A stretch of DNA of 64,000 nt. Source: Isurus oxyrinchus. Its lineage: Eukaryota. Within the stretch, counting starts at the first letter, position 1. Each line of letters starts with the position of its first letter. The notes beneath the pieces were generated by a model, which saw only the letters and a list, made by a program, of their open reading frames with translations, was not told the DNA's origin and ran no database searches. Location of the stretch: assembly GCA_026770705.1 (NCBI GenBank), contig JANJGN010000018.1, forward strand, positions 78,306,001 to 78,370,000, in the 5' to 3' direction. Shown here piece after piece: positions 40,274 through 52,734 of this stretch. The position numbers and the translations under genes were made by a program.

Positions 40274-41790
40274 TAAAAACAAAAAAACTGCAAATGCTGG
40301 AAATCCAAAACAAAAACAGAATTACCTGGAAAAACTCAGCAGGTCTGGCAGCATCGGCGGAGAAGAAAAGAGTTGACGTTTCGAGTCTTCATGACCCTTC
40401 GACAGAACTTGAGTTCGAATCCAAGAAAGAGTTGAAATATAAGCTGGTTTAAGGTGTGTGTGTGGGGGGCGGAGAGAGAGAGAGAGAGACAGAGGTGCTT
40501 GTGTAGACAAACAAGCAGTGATAGAAGCAGATCATCAAAAGATGTCAGCGACAATGGTACAATAGAACACATAGGTGTTAAAGTTAAAGTTGGTGATATT
40601 ATCTAAACGAATGTGCTAATTAAGAATGGATGGAAGGGCACTCAAGGTATAGCTCTAGTGGGGTTGTTTTTTTTATATAATGGAAATAGGTGGGAAAAGG
40701 ATAATCTTTATAATTTATTGGAAAAAAAAGGAAGGGGGAAACAGAAAGGGGGTGGGGATGGGGGAGGGAGCTCACGACCTAAAGTTGTTGAATTCAATAT
40801 TCAGTCCGGAAGGCTGTAAGGTGCCTAGTCGGAAGATGAGGTGTTGTTCCTCCAGTTTGCGTTGGGCTTCACTGGAACAATGCAGCAAGCCAAGGACAGA
40901 CATGTGGGCAAGAGAGCAGGGTGGAGTGTTAAAATGGCAAGCGACAGGGAGGTTTGGGTCATTCTTGCGGACAGACCGCAGGTGTTCTGCAAAGCGGTCG
41001 CCCAGTTTATGTTTGGTCTCTCCAATGTAGAGGAGACCACATTGGGAGCAACGAATGTAGTAGACTAAGTTGGGGGAAATGCAAGTGAAATGCTGCTTCA
41101 CTTGAAAGGAGTGTTTGGGCCCTTGGATGGTGAGGAGAGAGGAAGTGAAGGGGCAGGTGTTACATCTTTTGCGTGGGCATGGGGTGGTGCCATAGGAGGC
41201 GTTTGAGGAGTAGGGGGTTATGGAGGAGTGGACCAGGGTGTCCCAGAGGGAGCGAACCCTACGGAATGCCGATAAGGGGGGTGAAGGGAAGATGTGTTTG
41301 GTGGTGGTATCATGCTGGAGTTGGCGGAAATGGCGGAGGATGATCCTTTGAATGCGGAGGCTGGTGGGGTGATAAGTGAGGACAAGGGACCCTATCATGT
41401 TTCTGGGAGGGAGGAGAAGGCGTGAGGGCGGATGCGCGGGAGATGGTCCGGACACGGTTGAGGGCCCTGTCAACGACCGTGGTTGGAAAACCTCGGTTAA
41501 GGAAGAAGGAGGACATGTCAGAGGAACTGTTTTTGAAGGTAGCATCATCGGAACAGATGTGACGGAGGCGAAGGAACTGAGAGAATGAGATGGAGTCCTT
41601 ACAGGAAGCGGGGTGTGAGGAACTGTAGTCGAGGTAGCTGTGGGAGTCGGTGGGTTTGTAATGGATATTGGTGGACAGTCTATCGCCAGAGATTGAGACA
41701 GAGAGGTCAAGGAAGGGAAGGGAAGTGTCAGAGATGGACCACGTGAAAATGATGGAGGGGTGGAGATTGGAAGCAAAATTAATAAATTTC
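40274..41790 (-). mobile_element. Young Penelope-like retroelement, 5'-truncated (RT C-terminus + GIY-YIG + pLTR)
   Basis: ORFs 41310..41792 (FINFASNLHPSIIFT..LPFLDL..YKPTDSHSYL) and 40772..41776 (LVLTYHP..YIGETKHKLGDRFAEH) join with one frameshift. Inserted in the Harbinger Myb exon. Confidence 0.93.
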
Positions 41791-43644
41791 ACGTGAAAAT
41801 GAGGGGATGGATGATCTCATCTGTGCCGTCAGGGTAAGGAAACCACCTTATCACTCTAAACTCACACACTCATAAGCTCATCACACATTCACTGGCATCT
41901 CACTCATTGCCAGCTCAAGGAATGTCATCACTCACTCTCCCACATACCCTCACATCTCCAGCTGGCCTCATCTCCTCTGGGGATCCCCTCCTCATCCCGT
42001 CCATGGCTCCACTCAGCACACACGCACACCTGGCATCCTTCCCATTTTGGCCTGGTATGCCCCTTGCTCACACTCTCTCCACCCATCTCTATGCAGGACA
42101 AGATTGCGCACAATCAACAGGACAGGTCTAGGACTGAGGGTGGAGTGCTGGACATCAAGGTCCTCACTCCATTCGAGAGTCACACGTTGGAAATGGCTGG
42201 AGAAGATGTGGCCCATTCCTGCGGTGATGGTGAGGCCGGCGGCAAGCACCCATGTGAGGATCCTGAACCAGATCATGCCTCTGTCAATGCTACTCTGAGT
42301 CCACTGTTCTGTGTAACACAGCAGCCAAGCACTAATAATCTCCACTTCCTCTTCTAGGCACATCTGCCACATCACCCTCAAGCACCCTTGATCCCAACTT
42401 CAGCAAGAGCACCGTGGATGAGGACCCAGAGGGCAGCACTGTTGAAGACCACACCCTCCGCCAGCGCAGTAACATACGCCTCAGTGGGACGTAGACGTAG
42501 AGCAGCCTTGGGATCACAATCTGGTGAGCACAGTACACAACCTGTTCCTCAGCAGACAGAGGCAGAGAGATCCAAGGTCACAGGCACTTGGAGGACTGTT
42601 GGAGGCAAGGAATCTGCTGAGTTCGAGTCAGATGATGAGACTCTAGGCTCAGTCCTCAATCTGTTGCTGGAGCTGCAAAGCTCGGGAATATCAGGAAGGG
42701 ATGTCCGCTGCACACCTAAGGTTGTAAGGGACAATGGAGGAGTCCATCTGCCTTCAGCCTGAGGTGGTAGCACTGGCATGCCAATGCACCAAGGCCAACA
42801 CTAGCAGGATGGTGGCCGCCAGCGAGACCTTGGTCCAGGACATTGATCCTGCACTGTTGTACAGGCTTAACTCCATCACTGATGCCCATAGTTGGCCTCC
42901 AACAGTGTCAACAAAAGAGGGCTGTGGGGCAGCTCAACCTCACACCAGCTTCCCCTTCTTGTCAAGGGGCTGTCGGGCACCTATAGGGAGGAGGACCAGC
43001 AGCTCGACACCCCGGGGCCGTCCACCCAGGTGACTCCATGAATGTCCAGCCGATCCCAATCCACTCGTCCTTTGACCCCAGCAGCTCCAGCTCCACAGGC
43101 CAAGGAGAGTGCAGCTGGCACATAGTAGGACACCTAAAGCAGGCTGGAGCCCTCCAGGTCTCAGCCTTCCAGAGGACACCTGCCAAGGTCATCACAGACA
43201 ACTGGGTAGAGCAGTCAGCAGGCTGCCTCCACCTCCACTGTGGGAAGCACCTTGACGTAGCGACTGGTTAAGAAGATGTAGTTGCAGTTTGGGCATATCA
43301 TTTGTACATAAAGTTCACTGTTGTTAATAAACTCCCAAGAATGTCCCTTGCCTATGGCTCCTTATTATGATGAGCAGTGTTAGTGTCACTCAGATGTGAA
43401 ACCTTGGTTCCCGCACAAGATAAAGACAGTGTCTCAGTCCAGGGCCTCTTCCCTGTGCAGTGCGTAACCTTCAGACCAAAATGATGGTCTGGCTTCACAC
43501 TTACTGGACACATCAGTGATGTCTGCACCTCGATGGTGCTTGTCATTGCTGCCAGAATGTTGTAGGCAGGCATCACAGAGTTCCATCATTCTCTGTGTGC
43601 TCTCAGCGCCTTTGAGATGAGGCTGTCCCCCATCTCTTCAGCAT

Positions 43645-44007
43645 GTTTTTTTTAATTCATTCATTCATGGGATATGGGTGCTGCTGGCTAGGCAAGCATT
43701 TATTGCCCATCCCAAATTGCCTTGTTCAGGGAGCATTTAAGAGTCAATCACATTGTTGTGACTGTGGGAGTCACATGTAGGCCAGGCCAGACAAGAACAG
43801 CAGATTTCCTTCCCTAAAGGGCATTAGTATTTACAACAACCAACAATAGTTTCATGGGCATCATTAGACTTTTAAATCTAGATTTTTATTGTACTCAAAT
43901 TTCATCATCTGCCATGGTGGGAATCTAACCTGGGTCCCCAGAGCATTACCCTGGGTCTCTGGATTACTAGCCCAGTGACAATACCACTACGTCATTGTCT
44001 CCTCCCA
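43645..44007 (-). mobile_element. tRNA-derived SINE (same family as 39614-39975)
   Basis: Reverse complement of the 39614 SINE: attcattcattcatgggat...tactagcccagtgacaataccactac. Confidence 0.75.
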
Positions 44008-46644
44008 TGATGGTCCAGTGATGGTGTAGTCCTGAAGGGAACAGATGCTGAAGGCTGACAAAGGATCAGCTGCATTTAAAATTTCTTGGCTGCGGCTCCA
44101 TGATATGAGACTGATCACAGAGCGCATGCGAGCTACCCTCAGCCAGACTGGAGTCAGACATTTACAGAGGCAATGTAAAGATCTATGGAGTGTCCTCACT
44201 GCATGTCGTCGTCATCCTCCTGGAATCTTGTGACTATTAGGGCCTCTTCTTCATCTCCAAGACTTGAGCTTGAGCACTGAGGGTATGTGCACTGCCATCA
44301 GCCACACAGGAGTCAAATATTTACAGATGCAGGGTGAGGGTGTCAGGACTGTCCGCACTGCAACTCGTCATCATCCTCCATGAATCTTGTGGCGTTGAGG
44401 GCCTCCCGATCACGCCTGCCTCATCTGGCCAGTGCTACGGCCTCATCATTAGCATCCTCACCTTCAAGGACCTCACCACCTTCATCCTCTTCAATGTCCC
44501 CTTCATTGGAGGAGAGATGCAGTTTTCCCATCTCTTCCTCTGCCAGATCCTACCTCCATTGTAGCACCAGATTGTGCAGTGTGCAACAAGCTACAATGAT
44601 GTATGACACCCTCGGTGGACTGTATTGCAGTGCTCCACCGCACCTCTCGAGACATCGGAGCCTCATTTCCTATTGTTTGCTCCACCAAAGTCCAGGTTAC
44701 AGTATGAGCCTCATTATATGGTCTCTCTGCTGCACCCTGAGGCCGCCACATGGGTGTCATCAGCTACATCATCTGTGGGTAGCCCTTGTCCCTGAGGAGC
44801 CATCTCTGCAGCCTCTCTGGAACCTGGAAGATGTCAGGGATCTGAGACCTGCTAAGGATGCAGGAGTCATGTACGCTCCGTGGGTAACGTGCACAGCCTG
44901 TAGGATGCGTTTGTGGTGGTTGCACTCCAGCTGACTATCTAGCATACGGAAGCCTTTGCGGTTGATGTAATTGACTGCTTGTTGCCATGGAGATCTAAGC
45001 ACCACATGAATGCAGTCAATGTCACCCTGCACCTGTGGAAAACCAGAGATCGCTGCAAATCCCAGCACTCTTGCTTTGTGGTTTTCCTGACCCTGGACGA
45101 AATGCACAAAATTCTGTGTCTTCATGAGGATGGTGTCCGTGACCTCCGGAATACACTTGTGCGTGTAGGCTTGTGAAATCTCACACAGGTCACCTGTGGA
45201 GCCCCAGAAGGAGCCACTGACATAAAATTGAGTTCCGTGATCACTTTCATGGACACTGCAGTGGATGCCCTCCATGTGCCCACGGTGCCAAATACTGCAG
45301 CAGGTGGCATACATGACCGACCAGTGTGTAGTGCGCTGACTGGCTGTCCAAAGCCCCACCCACCTCAGCCCCACTCCACTTGACCCATTGACAGCAGCTT
45401 TGCCCACTTGACCACATGCTGTGCTTTCAGCTCAGGTGCAGGCATTCTCCTAACCCGCCCTGCAAGGCTGCATTGTTAGCTTGAACATGAGGGATACTGG
45501 TCCAAACCTTAATAGCCCAGAAGGAAAAAAACAGTTCAGACCAGTATTCTTATTTCCCAGTTTTGACTGTTTTTTCCTCTGGAAAAGACATTGCAAGGAT
45601 CTCTGAGCACCTCCACCAGTGACTGTTCCATGCAAGGCAATTCTACAACTTGCCCAGTTGTCCAATTGTTCTGCTGCCCCCTAAAACGCAACTTGCAGTC
45701 TGTGCTCAAGGGGGGAAAAGTTCTGGAGTATTTGGTGGCACATTTATGGTGTTGCATTGCTTGAGTTAGCAGAAAAGCTTCAGAGGCCCAAATCCAAGTA
45801 TGTCAATGGATCTCCAGTTGAACAGTCTCCGCTGCGGAAGAATGCTGACTTTTGACAAGCTTTTCCAACTGTGTGTCCACTTCCCTCACCATCCACTGCC
45901 AAACCACCACCTCCCCCCTCCCCCCCACCACCCCCCACCACCACCACCACCACCACCCTCCCCCCACTCTCGGCATATACTTATATACTTCCTTTAGGCT
46001 CAGCTGCCTTGCCCCCACCGCCCCCAACCCCCTCCTCCCCGGTCCTACCCACACTGGAGCCCTTGCCCCTGCACTGCATTGAAAGCCAGCGGGGAAAAAG
46101 GAACTAGCCTGTGCTCCCCGCGAATTCGCAATGCCTCTTCCTTGATGTCCTATGGGCGATCCTCAGGAGGGCGCTGCGAGGTTGTGTGCGCTCACCCCCA
46201 AGTTCCCCTTGGAGTTCAGCTCGCCTTTTAAAGGCAGTCGTAAATCACACCGTTCTGAAGTCACACCAAAGTGGGAGGTATATTTGACATGGGGGGGTTG
46301 ACTCCAGGCATGCAGGAATAATGATGAGATGCAAATGCATTAAAATTAAGCTCCCAATGTTGGATGACAGGAAGTGCGGCCCCCCATTGACCCATTGACA
46401 GGTGAAGCGGACTATTGCAAACTGGTTTCACAACGACGTAAAATTGATTTTTGGCCTTCTCGCCATATTGTCCACTCAGGCCCATCATGAGGCCCGCTGC
46501 CAATAAGAGTTAAAAATTCTGGCCATAGGGCGGAATTGTCCTAGGAATCTTCATAAAGTCAAGTTTTGCTTTAATGAAATCAGCAGTAAGTTTTAGACAA
46601 ACTGTACAATTTAACCAGAAACAAACACGGTATACTTAAACAAT

Positions 46645-46720
46645 GCTTGTGTTCAGAAATTTACATTCATGTCTGGAGAGCTCCAGAGAAGAGCTGCATA
46701 ATCTTGTTTCCTGTGCAAGA
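46645..46720 (-). pseudogene. MYH pseudo-exon, converter domain
   Basis: SSSLELSRHECKFLNTS vs consensus LSSLDIDHNQYKFGHTK. Confidence 0.6.
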
Positions 46721-46904
46721 TACTCAACTGCTAAACGTGAAGCATCACCACATCCTGCTCATGTGCCATTTATGGTTGTTCCACTTCATAAGATTAAAGG
46801 ATTAAGTTTTAACCTTCAAAAATGAGCGGGTTCGAATGGGTAAAGACTTAAAATTAAGAATATTTTGATCACGACTGCAATTAAGCTCCAATGCTGCCAC
46901 TTCT

Positions 46905-49900
46905 GGGTTTAACAAGCACTTGGTCTGCATTGGAGTGCTGCTCTGGGCTGCAGTAGAGTGCTTAAGTTGGAGTTTGGTGACTGAGGGAATTTAAGCGTTA
47001 ATTTCTAACTGAAGTCTAGTCTTTCTTTAATTTAGTAATTAACTGAAAGTTGCTGTTTGGATTGGAAGCATTTAGGCCACGTTTAAAACAGGGTTTATAC
47101 AAGCTCTTCTTGCAGCTACATCTAGTTAATTAGATAATTAGCTTAAACAGGTTTTCAGATGCTAGATTCAGAGAGTATACAAACAGGCCATCTTACAGTG
47201 CTGACATTGTCTGCACTGGAGTGCTATTCTGGCCTGTAGTAGAGTGCTTAAGTTGGAGGTTGGTGACTGAGGAAGGTGGTGAGGAGGGAACAAGGTGATC
47301 CTTTGAATACTGTGAGAATGGTCAGGTAAGTATTTATTACTTTTATCGCTTATAGTTTTTAAGGTCTTATTTTGTGGTTCATTGTTTGTACTGGCTATAT
47401 TCTGTAACAGTGAGGAGTAGGGAAGAAGGGCCCTAGAGTAATTGATATTATTTGATATTAAATATCTTCTAAAAGGTTTAATTTAATTTAAAGGGTTAAG
47501 TCATGGCAGGAGAGCTCAAAGCTGTGATGTGCTCCTCCTGCGCTATGTGGGAAGCTGGGAACATTTCTAGTACCCGGGGCCAGCATGTGTGCAGGAAGTG
47601 TCTCCAGCTGCAGCTCCTGGAAGCCTGGGTTTCAGAGCTGGAGTGGTGACTGGGGACACTGTGGAGCATCCGTGAGGTGGAGAGTATGATGGATAGCATG
47701 TATAGAGAGGTGGTCACACCGCAGGCTAAGAGTCCACAGGCAGGAAGGGAATGGGTGACCACCAGGCAGAGCAAGAGGACTCAGCAGGCAGTGCAGGAAT
47801 CACCTGTGGCTAATCCCCTGCAAAACAGATACACTGCTTTGGATACTATTGGGGGATTGGCCTCTCAGGGGAAAGCAGCAACAGCCAAATTTGTTGTACC
47901 ATGGTTAGCTCAGCTGCACAGGGGAGGAGTAAAAAGTGTGGAAATGCAATAGTTATAGGGGATTCAATTGTAAGGGGAATAGATAGGCATTTTTGTGGCT
48001 GCAAACAAAACTCCAGGATGGAATGTTGTCTCCCTGGTGCTAGGGTCAAGGATATCTCAGAGTGGCTACAAGACATTCTGAAGGGGAAGGGTGAACAGCC
48101 AGTGGTTTTGGTACAAATGACATAGGTAAAAAAGGGAGGAGGTCCTTAAAGCAGAATATAGGGAGTTAGGAAGTAAGTTGAAAAGTAGGACCTCAAAGGT
48201 AGTGATCTCAGGATTACTACCAGTGCTACATGCTAGTCAGAGTAGAAATAGCAGGAAGTATCGGATGAGTACATGACTGAAGAGATGGTGTGAGGGGGAG
48301 GGTTTCAGATTCCTGGGACATTGGGACCAGTTCTGGGGAAGGTGGGACCAGTACAAACTGGATAGGTTACACCTGGGCAGGACCAGGACTGATGTCCTAT
48401 GGAGAATATTTGCGAGAGTGGTTGGGGAGGGTTTAAACTGAAATGGCAGGGGGATGGGAACCTATGCAAGGAGTCATAGGTGGGGGAATCAAGGAAAAGA
48501 ACAGAAGACAGAAAGGTAATAAGAAAAATGAAATAGAGATATCAATAGCAAGAATCAAACAGGGCCTCAGTGAAAAATAGTGGGAGTGGGACAAGTGATG
48601 TTAAAAAGACAAGCCTTAAGGCTTTGTGGCTTAACGCAAGGAGCATTCGCAATAAAGTGGATGAATTAACTGTGCGAATCGATGTAAACAGGTATGATAT
48701 AGTTGGGATTATGAAGACATGGCTGCAGGGTGACCAGGGATGGGAACTGAACATCCAGGGGTATTCAGTATTTAGGAAAGACAGACAAAAAGGAAAAGGT
48801 GGTAGAGTTGCATTTCTGGTTAAAGAGGAAATTAATGCAATAGTGAGGAAAGATATTAGCTCTGACGATGTGGAATCTGTATGGGTAGAGCTGAGAGACA
48901 TCAGGGGGCAAAAAAGGTTAGTGGGGATTGTATATAGACTCCCAAACTGTAGTGGTGATGTTGGGAATGGCATTAAACAGGAAATTGGAGGCTCATTTAA
49001 TAAAGGAACATTTGTAATTATGGGTGACTTTAATCTGCATATAGATTGGGCAAATCAAATTAGTAACAACACCGTAGAGGAGGAATTCCTGGAGTGTATA
49101 CGGGATGGTTTTCTGGACCAATAGGTTGAGGAGCCAACTCTAGAACAGCCATCCTAGACAAGGTATTGTGTAATAAGAAAGGAATAATTGGCAATCTAGT
49201 TGTGTGAGGTCACTTGGGGTATGAGTGACCATAATATGATAGAATTCTTCATCAAGATGGAGAATGACGTAGTTGATTCTGAGACTTGGGTCCTGAATCT
49301 TAATAAAGGAAACTACAATGGTATGAGACATGAGATGGCTATGATAGATTGGGAAATGTTACTTAAAGGGATGACAGTGGATAGGCAATGGCAAGTGTTC
49401 AAAGAGGGCATGGGTGAACTGCAACAATTGTTTATTCCTGTCTGGTGCAAAAGTAAAATAGGAGAGGTGACCAAACCATGGTGAACAAGGGAAATTAGAG
49501 ATAGTATTAGATCCAAAGAAGAGGCATACAAATTGGCCAGAAAAAACAACAGACCTGAGGACTGGGAGCACTTCAGGATTCAGCAAGGAGGACCAAGGGA
49601 TTGATTAAGAAGGGGAAAATAGAGTATGAGAGTAAGCTTGGGGGAACATAAAAACTGACTGTAAAAGTTTCTATAGATATGTGAAGAGAAAGATTGGTGA
49701 AGACAAATGTAGGTCCCTTACAGTCAGAAACAGGGGATTTATAATGGGGAACAAAGAAATGGCTGCCCAACTAAATACATACTTTGGTTCTGTCTTCACA
49801 GAGGAGGACACAAATTAAATATCAGAGAAATGTTGGGGAACACCGGATTTAGTGAGAGGGAAGAACTAAAAGAAATCAGTCTTAGTAGGGAAATGGTGAT

Positions 49901-51097
49901 GGAGAAATTGATGGGATTGAAGGCCGATAAATCCCCAGAGTCTGACAATCTATATCCCAGAGTACTTAAGGAAATGGCCCTAGAAATGGTGGATGCATTA
50001 CTAGTCATTTTCTGAGATTCTATATATGCTGGAACAGTTCCTACAGATTGGAGGGTAGCTAACATAACCCCACTACTTAAAAAAGAAGATAGAGAGAGAA
50101 AACAGAATTATAGACCAGTCAGCCTGATGTCTGTAGTGGGGAAAATTCTAGAGTCCATTATAAAAGATTTAATAGCTGAGCATTGGAAAACAATGATATA
50201 ATTGGACAGTCAGCATGGATTTACGAAAGGGAAATCATGCTTGACAAATCTACTGGAATTTTTCGAGGATATAACTAGTAGAGTTGATGAGGGGGAGCCA
50301 GTGGATTTGGTTTATTTGGACTTTCAGAAAGTTTTTGACAAAGCCTCATATAAGAGATGAGCATGTAAAATTAAAGCACATGGGATTTGGGGTGGTGTAC
50401 TGAGATGGATAGAAAACTGGTTGGCAGACAGGAAACAGTAGGAACAAACGGGTCTTTTTCCGAATGGCAGGCAGTGACTAGTGGGGTACTGCAGGGATCA
50501 ATGCTGAGACCCCAGTTATTCACAATATATTAATGATTTAGATGAGGCAACTAAATGTAACATCTCCAGCTTTGCAGATGACACAAAGCTGGGTGGGAGG
50601 GTGAGCTGTGAAGAGGATGCAGAGATGCTTCAGTGTGATTTGGACAAGCTGAGTGAGTGGGCAAATGCATGGCAGATGCAGTATAATGTGGATAAATGTG
50701 AGGTTATCCACTCTGGTAGCAAAAAAAGGAGGGCAGATTATTATCTGAATGGCTATAAATTGCGAGAGGGGAATGTGCAATGAGACCTGGGTGTCCTTGT
50801 TCACCAGTCACTGAAGGTAAGCATGCAGGTGCAGCAGGTGGTAAAGTAGGCAAATGGTATGTTGGCCTTCATAGCCAGAGGATTCAAGTTCAGGAGCAGG
50901 GATGTCTTGCTGAAATTATACAGGGCCTTGGTGAGACCACACTTGGAATATTGTGTGCCGTTTTGGTCTCTTTATCTGAGGAAGGATGTTCTTGCTATAG
51001 AAAGAGTACAGTGAAGGTTTACCAGGCTGATTCCTGGGATGGCAGAACTGACATATGAGGAGAGATTTAGTTGATTAGGATTATATTCGCTGGAGCT
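46905..51097 (+). mobile_element. Near full-length CR1 LINE, 3'-truncated, decayed
   Basis: ORF1 from ATG 47503 (CSSCAMW..HVCRKC; IVIGDSIVRG; CCLPGARV). ORF2 LWLNARSIRNK, IMGDFNLHIDW, SDHNMIEF, FADDTK. Confidence 0.93.
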
Positions 51098-51155
51098 CAG
51101 GTGCTGAGATAGGTCTGGAGATGCACTTCAATTCTCACCAGTGAGGGTATCCAGA

Positions 51156-51215
51156 ATGATAGACGTTTGCTACAGTTTTCTCGTAAGCTACGTGTACAGT
51201 TCTGCAGCAACCTGT
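51156..51215 (-). pseudogene. MYH pseudo-exon, motor domain
   Basis: TG/LQNCTRSLRE/TVANVYH (two small frameshifts, the first in the Trp codon) vs GWLQKNKDPLNETVVGLYQ. Confidence 0.65.
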
Positions 51216-52319
51216 AAAGTACAATGCAAGCAGCTCACAAGTTGTCCAATCTAAAATACTGTGTGTGGTCATGCAGAAATATTTAAAGATATTGTGCATT
51301 CAAAGGAAATGTAATGTTGCTCTTACTAATGTTATCACAGGCAGATGCATCTACAGCAGGTAGATTGGTGAGGAGTAGGTCAATGAAGATTTTCTCTCAT
51401 GTTGGTTCTCTCACCATCTGTCACAGACGTGAATGAATAATGTATTACTGGGTCCTGCTCACATCTGACAAAATTGCTTATTATTCCAGGATTATCCGGA
51501 ACTGCAAAGATAGCCACTGGCTTCCTTTTTCTACTGCAAACTGTCTTCTTACACCCTTGACCCCACCCTCACCTCCAACAGGTATGAGGAGCTCACAAAG
51601 TCACAAAGATCAGCTGTCTCTATCCCTTAACTCTGTTCCCCTAGCCCATCAGGCCAACGCTCCTCAAACGAAATCACTGCTCTTTCCTTTAACTTGTATC
51701 TTTCTCTAGTTTCTCTCGATCCGTCCTACCCTCTCTGAGCTCACCTTGTCCATGAGGCCCACCTGATATTCTCTTAGCTTCCCTTCCTGGCTTTCTTGCT
51801 AGCTGATGCTGTCAAAGGTTCTCTTTCCTTGGCACTGTCCACCTCTCCTTCAAACCTGCTATTATCACCCCTCTCCTCAAAAAAAAACAACCTTTCCACT
51901 CCTGTGCTGTCGCCTCCCAAATCTGTGCCCATCTTTCCCGGAACTGTGTTTGAATCCCTCCAATCAAGTTTCCAAATCTGCCAAAACTTGTTATCAAATT
52001 CACAAATGACATTCTGCGTGATTCCAAACTGCCACAGGCGGCATTATCACACAGATGACCAGGCCTCAGTTTCTGTCTCCTACCAAGAACTACCCACATT
52101 TCTTTACAGAAGTGGGTGCTCCAGATGCCCAAAGAGGAAAACCCCTGCTTGTTGCACATTTCCATTAAAAAAAAATGGCACTGCCCTTTTTCCAATTGCT
52201 GCCATTTCTTCTTCTGTGTCCATCAAAAATGAATTAGCCCCCTCAAATAGCTGCTACAGCTTGTTGCTACTAACCTCCTCCCTCTAACATGTCAGGCTCA
52301 ACCCAAATCAGGAACTCAC

Positions 52320-52461
52320 TATGAATATGTAATGAACCACATCTCAGGATACCAAACGAGAACAGGCCATTGCTGGAATCTTCCTCCAGGGCTGTGTTCC
52401 TGGTGTCCTCATATTTTGGATAGAAAGTTCTAGTGATATCTGGATACAAATTTCAATTTTC
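52320..52461 (-). pseudogene. MYH pseudo-exon leading to switch II (DIAGFE)
   Basis: Bounded by cag| and |gtgagt, 142 nt. NTALEEDSSNGLFSFGIL vs INATLETKQPRQYFIGVL. Confidence 0.6.
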
Positions 52462-52734
52462 CTGCATTTTCACGTTTGCCTAGTTAAAATTGCAGCAATC
52501 ATATGGTAATTATTGGATGAGGAACACTATTCAGCCCATCTTGAAACTTCTATCCAGGGAGATCATAATATAGCATCCAATAATATTTGGATGGGTTGTT
52601 AAACAGTATGGCACCCCAACCCCACCACCCTTGCAGCATTTGTAAGGGATCCAATATCACTACTTGAAGAAGGGCAAGTGAGTTCTTCTGGCTAATGCTT
52701 ATCCTTCAAACAACATCAAAAAAAGCTGATTATC

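Larger units (their letters stand above)
39471..46524. mobile_element. Full-length Harbinger transposon with nested SINEs and Penelope
   Basis: Ends GAGGGGAATTGTCCC and revcomp GGCCAGAATTTTT. Collinear with 15756-19964 (MAPKVKKSAASRFSD..KRSVIQCRK; transposase SGFPQVQGDIDCIHV..YINRKGF at 44380-45320). Confidence 0.88.
15367..52461 (-). pseudogene. Decayed sarcomeric myosin heavy chain pseudogene (collinear exon remnants between transposons)
   Basis: Minus-strand remnants in correct gene order: 52461-52320 (NTALE......FSFGIL, ends gtgagt), 51215-51156 (G/LQNCTRSLRE/TVANVYH), 46695-46645 (SSLELSRHECKFLNT), 39231-39217 (LSKIF), 36823-36548 (QETIM; AKMEKQR), 15506-15367 (QVNTNMIKHLNLQQEVEEAEKKIEVAE/QLNKLRTKFRD). 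Stops and frameshifts throughout. Confidence 0.75.

Noticed and set aside
45800-46107. Poly-His/Pro/Trp ORFs
   Set aside because: Translation of a (cca)n / C-rich low-complexity tract inside a Harbinger element.
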